Part shown: positions 25,990 through 32,000 of the stretch, one piece after another
How positions within the stretch are numbered: the first letter of the stretch is position 1
How the letters are laid out: every line of letters starts with the position of its first letter
Assembly (NCBI RefSeq): GCF_000012345.1
Contig: NC_007205.1
Location: 780,001-812,000 of the forward strand
Origin: Candidatus Pelagibacter ubique HTCC1062
GTDB taxonomy: Bacteria; Pseudomonadota; Alphaproteobacteria; Pelagibacterales; Pelagibacteraceae
Direction of reading: 5' to 3'
Length of the DNA: 32,000 nt
Translations under genes and position numbers: made by a program
The notes under the pieces: generated by a model
What the model saw: only the letters and a program-made list of their open reading frames with translations
Database searches by the model: none
What the model was told of the DNA's origin: nothing

Positions 25990-27848
25990 TGGCTAAGCAT
26001 AAAACACATTTTGAAGATTGCGATGTTCTAGTTGTTGGTGGTGGAATGGCTGGAACTGGTGCTACTTTTGAAGCTAGGCACTGGGGAAGAGACATGAAAA
26101 TTATTTGTGTTGAAAAAGCTAACATCGATAGAAGTGGAGCGGTTGCTCAAGGTTTATACGCTATTAACTGTTATATGGGTATGCAGTGGGGTGAAAACCA
26201 ACCTGAAGATCACGTAAGATATGCACGTAATGATTTGATGGGTATGGTTAGAGAAGATTTAGGTTATGACATGGCTCGTCACGTTGATTCAACTGTTCAT
26301 ATGTTTGATGAGTGGGGTCTACCAATGATGAAGAATGAAAAAACAGGTCGTTACCTTAGAGAAGGTAAATGGCAGATCATGATTCATGGTGAAAGTTATA
26401 AGCCAATCGTTGCAGAGGCTGCAAAAAAATCAGCTGATAAAATTTACAATAGAATAATGATTACTCATCTTTTAATGGATGAGGCTCAAGAAAATAGAGT
26501 AGGTGGAGCTGTTGGTTTTAATATGAGAACTGGTGATTTCCATGTATTTAGAGCAAAAACTGTAATCGTTGCAGCAGGTGGAGCATCTCACATTTTCAAA
26601 CCAAGAGCAGTCGGAGAAGGAATGGGAAGAACTTGGTATGCACCATGGAGTAATGGTTCAGCTTATGCATTACCTATCGCTGTTGGAGCTAAAATGACAC
26701 AAATGGAAAACAGAATTGTGTTATGTAGATTTAAAGATGGTTATGGTCCAGTTGGAGCATATTTCTTGCACCTTAAAACATATACTCAAAATGCAAATGG
26801 AGAGAATTATGAAAAGAAATGGTATGACCAAACTAAAGAATTAGTTGGTGAGTATATTGATCACCATCCAACACCAACATGTTTAAGAAACCATGCATTT
26901 ATACAAGAAACTATTGCAGGCGGTGGACCTATTCATATGGTGACTACTGAAGCATTCCAAGATCCACATTTAGAAACAGTTGGTTGGGAAAACTTTTTAG
27001 GTATGACCGTTGGTCAAGCTGTTGTTTGGGCATCTCAAAACATAGATCCTAAATACACAAATCCAGAATTAACTACATCTGAGCCATATGTTATGGGTTC
27101 TCATGCAACATGCTCTGGAGCTTGGGTTAGTGGACCTGAAGATTTATCTCCACCAGAATATTTCTGGGGTTATAACAGAATGTTAACAATTGATGGTCTT
27201 TTTGGTGCAGGTGATACTGTAGGTGGAAGTGCCCATAAGTTTTCTTCTGGATCGTTTACCGAAGGTCGTTTAGCTGCAAAAGCTGCTGTTAAATATATTC
27301 AAGATAAAAAAGCAGAAGGTATTAAAGTTACTGATAAACAATGTGAAGACTTTAAAACTGCTGTATTCAAACCTTTAGAGACATACCAAGTAGCTCAAAA
27401 TGAGATCACAGGTGGAACAGTTTCACCAAGTTATATTTCTCCTATTCAAGGTCTTCAACGTTTACAAAGAATTATGGACGAATATGTTGGAGGTATTGCA
27501 ACTAACTACATGACAAATGGTAATATGCTTAAAAGAGGCCTAGAATTACTTGCTTGGTTAGAGGAAGATTTAGAAAAAGTAGGAGCTGAAGATTTGCACC
27601 AACTTATGAGAGCTTGGGAATTAAAACACAGAGCTTTAACTTCTCAATGTGTAACTGAACACACTATGTTCCGTGAAGAAACACGTTGGCCTGGTTACTA
27701 TTATAGAGGTGATCATATGAAACTTGATGATGATAATTGGCATTGTTTAACAGTTTCTAGACGTGATCCTAAAACTGGTAAATTCTCTCTTGAGAAAGTG
27801 CCGGTTTACCACATAGTTGACGAGAACGAGAAGAAAAAAGCTTCTTAA
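25989..27848 (+). CDS. aprA: Adenylylsulfate (APS) reductase alpha subunit (FAD flavoprotein)
   Basis: 619 aa. FAD fold VLVVGGGMAGTGA. AprA-like blocks including EETRWPGYYYR near the C-terminus. Confidence 0.9.
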   Translation: MAKHKTHFEDCDVLVVGGGMAGTGATFEARHWGRDMKIICVEKANIDRSGAVAQGLYAINCYMGMQWGENQPEDHVRYARNDLMGMVREDLGYDMARHVDSTVHMFDEWGLPMMKNEKTGRYLREGKWQIMIHGESYKPIVAEAAKKSADKIYNRIMITHLLMDEAQENRVGGAVGFNMRTGDFHVFRAKTVIVAAGGASHIFKPRAVGEGMGRTWYAPWSNGSAYALPIAVGAKMTQMENRIVLCRFKDGYGPVGAYFLHLKTYTQNANGENYEKKWYDQTKELVGEYIDHHPTPTCLRNHAFIQETIAGGGPIHMVTTEAFQDPHLETVGWENFLGMTVGQAVVWASQNIDPKYTNPELTTSEPYVMGSHATCSGAWVSGPEDLSPPEYFWGYNRMLTIDGLFGAGDTVGGSAHKFSSGSFTEGRLAAKAAVKYIQDKKAEGIKVTDKQCEDFKTAVFKPLETYQVAQNEITGGTVSPSYISPIQGLQRLQRIMDEYVGGIATNYMTNGNMLKRGLELLAWLEEDLEKVGAEDLHQLMRAWELKHRALTSQCVTEHTMFREETRWPGYYYRGDHMKLDDDNWHCLTVSRRDPKTGKFSLEKVPVYHIVDENEKKKAS

Positions 27849-27866
27849 AACAGTTAAACTTAAATT

Positions 27867-28217
27867 ATGAGTCTTTTAGAGAAATCTGATGATGAGATTA
27901 TAGCAATTGCTAATCCTATTTGGGATAATCTTGTTAAAACTTCCAATATGAAAGATTATGGTGGTTTTACTAAAGATTTTGGAACTCAAATGTTATTTGG
28001 AGCAAATGAAGTAGAGCTTGGAAAACAGTGGGCTAATAATAAACTTTTAACAAGCCTAAAAGAAGACTACCAAGCATTTGGTTGTTTAAGACGAGGTCAA
28101 AACATCACCGTTCTATTTAAACAAAGAAGTAAAGAGATTGAAGGTGAGTTCCTTGGTAGATTGGTTCTTGGTATCGAGGGTGATGATGTTAAGGTTTTTG
28201 GAGCAACAATCTACTAA
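27867..28217 (+). CDS. Hypothetical 116-aa soluble protein co-oriented with and 18 nt downstream of aprA
   Basis: Complete ORF MSLLEKSDDEIIAIANPIWDNLV... No recognisable motif, no TM helix and no signal peptide. Confidence 0.55.
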   Translation: MSLLEKSDDEIIAIANPIWDNLVKTSNMKDYGGFTKDFGTQMLFGANEVELGKQWANNKLLTSLKEDYQAFGCLRRGQNITVLFKQRSKEIEGEFLGRLVLGIEGDDVKVFGATIY

Positions 28218-28284
28218 TAAAAAAAATCACTTTATATTAAATATTTATTTGACAAATAATTAACTGGGTGTATTGACGGTTGTA

Positions 28285-28419
28285 ATGTCAATTTCCAACA
28301 TAAAAATATTAAAAAAAATTTTAGATTTTAAGGCAACTATTATCAAAACAGGTATCTTTGTTAGCTTAGCTGCTTATTGGGGTGTTATTTTAGTTGGAAC
28401 TTTTATCACATTTAATTAG
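28285..28419 (+). CDS. Candidate 44-aa single-TM peptide upstream of the TauE-like gene (unannotated)
   Basis: Codon-by-codon translation gives MSISNIKILKKILDFKATIIKTGIFVSLAAYWGVILVGTFITFN, stop TAG at 28417-28419. No clear SD. Confidence 0.3.
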   Translation: MSISNIKILKKILDFKATIIKTGIFVSLAAYWGVILVGTFITFN

Positions 28420-28447
28420 TTTGTTTTTTAACAACTAATAATTTTTT

Positions 28448-29530
28448 ATGGATGTATTTTTACCAATAGCTCAAGTATTTGTTAACCCGATTGAAATACT
28501 TTTATTGAGTGCAATCGTTGGAGTACTTTCTGGTTTATTTGGTGTTGGTGGTGGTTTTTTAATGACGCCATTCTTAATTTTTTTAGGTGTGCCACCTGCA
28601 TATGCGGTTGCAAATGAAGCTAACAATATTCTTGCAACATCAGTATCAGGATCAACAACTCATTATTTAAAAAATACTTTAGATTACAAAATGGGTCTTA
28701 TGATTGTAATTGGTGGATCAATTGGAACAGCTTTAGGTATTTATACTTTTACATATTTTAAAGGTATTGGAAAGATTGATACGGTTATTTCTTTAGCCTA
28801 CATGTATATACTTGCAATTATTGGTACATTAATGTTGGTTGAAAGTCTTAGAGAAATAGACAGAGCAAAAAGAAATCTTGTAGTTAAAAAAAAATTACAC
28901 GTTCATTATTGGATACATGGTCTTCCATTAAGAATGAGGTTTCCAAAATCAAAATTATACGAAAGTATTTTTACTCCAATTATAATTGGTTTAGTTGTAG
29001 GATTTATTGCCGCTATAATGGGGATAGGTGGTGCTTTTATATTAGTACCCGCAATGATTTATATAATTAAAATGCCAACAAAATTAGTTCCAGGAACTTC
29101 TTTGTTTGTTACAATTTTTGTCAGTGTCATAGTTACTTTTTTGCATTCAATTAATTTTGGTTCTATAGATTTAATGTTGGTATTTATGTTAGTTATTGGA
29201 TCAATTGTAGGGGTTCAAGCGGGACAGAAACTTGGTGAAAAAATTGATAGTTCTGGTTTAAAAGCATTACTGGCAATTTTATTATTGATAGTTGGAATAG
29301 CTATTGCCTATGAAACTTTTTTTGCAGAACAAACTGAAAAAGAAATAATACAAGTTTTAAATGCAGATTTGAATTTTTTCTCATTATTTATTTTAGAATT
29401 TTCAGAAGACATGCCATTCTTTTACGGGTTATTTTCAATTATGTTTGCAATTCTGTTGGGTGTAGGTGCTGCTCTTATTAGACGTATTTTCTCTAATTTC
29501 AAAAAAAAGATGTTACTGAAGAAGTCTTAG
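28448..29530 (+). CDS. tauE: TauE/SafE (TSUP, DUF81) family anion exporter, putative sulfite exporter, long form
   Basis: Motif GVGGGFLMTPFL in TM1-2 and a second repeat GIGGAFILVPAM. At 360 aa it has an extra C-terminal hydrophobic region relative to typical family members of about 250-300 aa. Confidence 0.7.
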   Translation: MDVFLPIAQVFVNPIEILLLSAIVGVLSGLFGVGGGFLMTPFLIFLGVPPAYAVANEANNILATSVSGSTTHYLKNTLDYKMGLMIVIGGSIGTALGIYTFTYFKGIGKIDTVISLAYMYILAIIGTLMLVESLREIDRAKRNLVVKKKLHVHYWIHGLPLRMRFPKSKLYESIFTPIIIGLVVGFIAAIMGIGGAFILVPAMIYIIKMPTKLVPGTSLFVTIFVSVIVTFLHSINFGSIDLMLVFMLVIGSIVGVQAGQKLGEKIDSSGLKALLAILLLIVGIAIAYETFFAEQTEKEIIQVLNADLNFFSLFILEFSEDMPFFYGLFSIMFAILLGVGAALIRRIFSNFKKKMLLKKS

Positions 29531-30600
29531 TTTAAAAAGTTAATATAGAATTCTATACTCAAAATACTTACCAAACCTACTGTCGCCATCCCTATAAATC
29601 CGACTAAAAAAGGTTTGTAACCCATGCTTTTAAGATCTCTCAGATTTGTAGATAAACCAATAGCAGCCATTGCCATTGTTAAAAATACTTTTGAAGATGA
29701 TTTGATAATATCAACTGTCTCTATCCATAAATTATTATATGAGTTTAAAAAAAATTGATCCCCAATATTTCTTAAAATTATCATAGCTACAAAACCTATT
29801 ACAAAATAAGGGAAAATAGCCAATATTGAGTAATTTTTTTTAACAACATTGTTTCTATTATAAAGAAATGCAAATAATGGAATCATTATTACCAAAAAAG
29901 TATTTCTTATTAATTTTGTGACTGTTGCAATATTCAATGTTTCTGGGCTGTTAAACTGTTGATCGTAAATAAGTCCAGCTGCAGCAACTTGCGATGTTTC
30001 ATGAATTGATGTACCTAAAAATAAACCAACAAACATTGGTTCAGCATCAAAGTAATAATTAGCAAAATAAGGATATATAAGCATCGATAAAATTCCAAAC
30101 AAAGTGATGTTAGCAATTGCATATGATACTTCATTTTTTTTTGCACCAATTACTGGAGCAGTTGCCATAATTGCTGTTGTCCCACAAACTGTGCTACCAA
30201 TAGATATTAAGTAAGCCATTCTTGTTGGGATTTTAAGTTTTTTAATTAACAGTTTTATAACTATTAGTACTGTTACAATACAAATTATAATTAAAGGTAT
30301 AGCCACAGCTCCAAATTCTAAAAACTCAAAAGGTTTTAATTGAATTCCTAAACAAATTATTCCAAGTTTGAGAATATATGATTGAGTAAAGTCCAAACCC
30401 TTTACAAAGTTATCTCTTATTTTGAATATATTTCCAAAAAGCATTCCAAGTAAAATAGCAATCATGGCTGTCGATATTGGACTTTTATCGTAACCTAATA
30501 ATTCAATACCAATAATATTATTAAATCCTTGAGATAAACTGTAGAGAACAAACGCTAAAACAATACCTGGCAAAATGACCAGATATTTTTTAAATAACAT
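29527..30600 (-). CDS. YeiH/UPF0324 family membrane protein (putative sulfate exporter family, TauZ/SuyZ-like)
   Basis: 357 aa with about 10-11 TM helices. The IGSTVCGTTAIMATAPVIGAKKNEVSYAI block is typical of YeiH-family proteins. Lies 18 nt downstream of the SuyB-like gene on the same strand. Confidence 0.7.
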   Translation of the reverse strand: MLFKKYLVILPGIVLAFVLYSLSQGFNNIIGIELLGYDKSPISTAMIAILLGMLFGNIFKIRDNFVKGLDFTQSYILKLGIICLGIQLKPFEFLEFGAVAIPLIIICIVTVLIVIKLLIKKLKIPTRMAYLISIGSTVCGTTAIMATAPVIGAKKNEVSYAIANITLFGILSMLIYPYFANYYFDAEPMFVGLFLGTSIHETSQVAAAGLIYDQQFNSPETLNIATVTKLIRNTFLVIMIPLFAFLYNRNNVVKKNYSILAIFPYFVIGFVAMIILRNIGDQFFLNSYNNLWIETVDIIKSSSKVFLTMAMAAIGLSTNLRDLKSMGYKPFLVGFIGMATVGLVSILSIEFYINFLN

Positions 30601-30618
30601 TACTTTATAGATAAATTT

Positions 30619-31797
30619 TTAAGCACTTCTGTAAAGTTTAGTCATAACAAACTCTTTATGACCTAAAGCTTCAGCACAAGTTAATCTACCGTTAGCAACT
30701 CTAATCATTGATTTGATTAATTCGTCACCAGCTTGTGATAAATTCATTTCACGAGATAGAATTTTCGATACATCACAATCAATATGCTCACCCATACCTT
30801 TTACAGTTAATGGGTTGGCAGTTAACTTAACAACAGGTTCAATTGGATTACCTACGATATTACCTTGACCTGTTGGGAATAAATGAATGTTAAATCCAGC
30901 AGCTGCTTGAAGTGTAATACACTCTGCTGCAGCAGATGAAGTATCCATAAAGTATAATCCTTTTCCTTTAGTAGGCTCTTCAGCTGGTTCTAAAACATCA
31001 ATAAACTTACAATTTCCAATTTTTTGGAAATTACCAAATGCTTTTTCTTCAATTGTAGTTAATCCACCTGCAATATTTCCCGCAGTTGGTTGACTTTCAG
31101 AAAGATCATCTGTTGCTTCTTTTAAAATAAAGTCGTTGTAATCGCTCCAAGTTTTCATGAATTTTTCTGAAGCTTCTGGAGTGGCACCACGTGTAGCACA
31201 AACTTTTTCAGCACCAGTTAATTCTGAGGTTTCACCAAAACATAAATGAACTCCTAATGGCTCTAATTTATCCATTAAGTTTCCAACTGTTGGGTTAGCA
31301 GCAAGACCTGATGTTGTATCAGATTCACCACATTTAACTGAAATCCATAAATCGCTTAAAGGACATTCTTCTCTTTGTTTTTCAGAAGCCCACATTGCAA
31401 ATTCTTGTGCTTTTTTAGAAGCCTTCATGATTGTTCCAATATCACCAGTTCTTTCAATGTGAAATCCTTCAACTGGTTTTCCAGTTTTAGCAATTTCATC
31501 AACAATTCTTTTTGTCCATTTAGGTTCAATTCCAATAACAATTACAGCAGCAACGTTAGGATTTTTCCCAGTCCCAATCATTGTTCTAAAGTGTAGATCT
31601 AAATCAGCACCAAATTGAAGTCTTCCGTAAGAGTGAGGAAGAGCTATTGTACCTTTAATATTATTTGCTACAGCTTCAGCACAAGCATTTGATATATCAT
31701 CTACAGGTAAGATGATTACGTGATTTCTAGTACCAACTCTGCCATTTTCTCTTTTATAACCTAAAAAACTTTTTGGAATTTCCATATTTTTTACCAC
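30619..31797 (-). CDS. suyB: UxaA-family dehydratase/lyase large subunit, likely (2R)-sulfolactate sulfo-lyase SuyB
   Basis: [21 protein letters not shown] and the C-terminal domain of the altronate-dehydratase (UxaA/GarD) family, encoded as a separate polypeptide of about 390 aa. The start is either the GTG at 31797 (7-nt overlap with the small subunit gene) or the ATG at 31785. Confidence 0.6.
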   Translation of the reverse strand: MVKNMEIPKSFLGYKRENGRVGTRNHVIILPVDDISNACAEAVANNIKGTIALPHSYGRLQFGADLDLHFRTMIGTGKNPNVAAVIVIGIEPKWTKRIVDEIAKTGKPVEGFHIERTGDIGTIMKASKKAQEFAMWASEKQREECPLSDLWISVKCGESDTTSGLAANPTVGNLMDKLEPLGVHLCFGETSELTGAEKVCATRGATPEASEKFMKTWSDYNDFILKEATDDLSESQPTAGNIAGGLTTIEEKAFGNFQKIGNCKFIDVLEPAEEPTKGKGLYFMDTSSAAAECITLQAAAGFNIHLFPTGQGNIVGNPIEPVVKLTANPLTVKGMGEHIDCDVSKILSREMNLSQAGDELIKSMIRVANGRLTCAEALGHKEFVMTKLYRSA

Positions 31798-31979
31798 TTC
31801 TTCGTTTTTACATTGTGAACGTGAACATGTTCACCTTTTTTGATTGATTTAACTACTTTTCCAATATCGTGACCATATTTCAAAATAGTATCACCTTCAT
31901 TAAGGTCAACCATTGCAATTTTATGTCCTAATTGAATTTCATCTACTGATTGAATTTGAACTGTTTTATCATTCTCCAT
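31791..31979 (-). CDS. suyA: SAF-domain small subunit of a split UxaA-family enzyme, likely SuyA
   Basis: [42 protein letters not shown] matches the N-terminal SAF domain of UxaA. The frame stays open upstream of the ATG at 31979 to the window edge (QDCACWI), so the true start may lie outside the window. Confidence 0.6.
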   Translation of the reverse strand: MENDKTVQIQSVDEIQLGHKIAMVDLNEGDTILKYGHDIGKVVKSIKKGEHVHVHNVKTKKW

Positions 31980-32000
31980 AATCCAACATGCGCAATCTTG

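Noticed and set aside
31375-31596. Track ORF (+, 73 aa)
   Set aside because: It lies antisense inside the SuyB-like gene.
1-32000. Mobile elements, prophage remnants, CRISPR arrays, tRNA/rRNA genes, toxin-antitoxin or defence islands
   Set aside because: I recognised no transposase, integrase or Cas-like ORFs, no direct-repeat arrays, no tRNA-like GC-rich cloverleaf segments in the spacers and no long terminal repeats. The many sigma70-like hexamers in AT-rich spacers are too non-specific to report beyond the few low-confidence candidates cited above.

Overview
This is an AT-rich, very tightly packed chromosomal segment with many 1-11 nt gene overlaps, shared convergent stop codons and almost no intergenic DNA. 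Gene content suggests a streamlined marine alphaproteobacterium of the SAR11/Pelagibacterales type; this is inferred from content and style, not from any search. I found no rRNA, tRNA, CRISPR array, transposase, integrase or recognisable defence system. The main theme is organosulfonate catabolism and sulfite disposal, in three parts. (1) At the left edge, a tauA/tauB/tauC-like ABC importer lies divergent from an omega-aminotransferase (tpa-like) and alanine dehydrogenase pair. The permease is missing from the ORF track because it runs off the window, and it carries an unusually long N-terminal extension. (2) At 24.2-29.5 kb, a HIT-family protein is followed by aprM-aprB-aprA (membrane-anchored APS reductase), a coupled 116-aa ORF of unknown function and a long TauE/SafE-type sulfite exporter. 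(3) At the right edge, convergent with TauE, lie a split UxaA-family pair that fits sulfolactate sulfo-lyase SuyAB and a YeiH-type putative sulfate exporter. Between these modules are housekeeping genes: a compact TPP riboswitch in front of an SSS transporter (thiV-like), an ABC-2 exporter, rseP, HU, amtB, bcp, rhodanese, recX, cysQ, mnmA, a metC-like C-S lyase overlapping an MFS transporter, and pabB-pabA-pabC. Items worth follow-up are the HIT/apr adjacency, the unknown ORF coupled to aprA, the TauC extension, three unannotated small ORFs (27, 44 and 48 aa) and a few palindromes and hairpins in the rare intergenic spacers. All functional calls rest on motifs read by eye from the translations and on recalled family knowledge. 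No database search was run.
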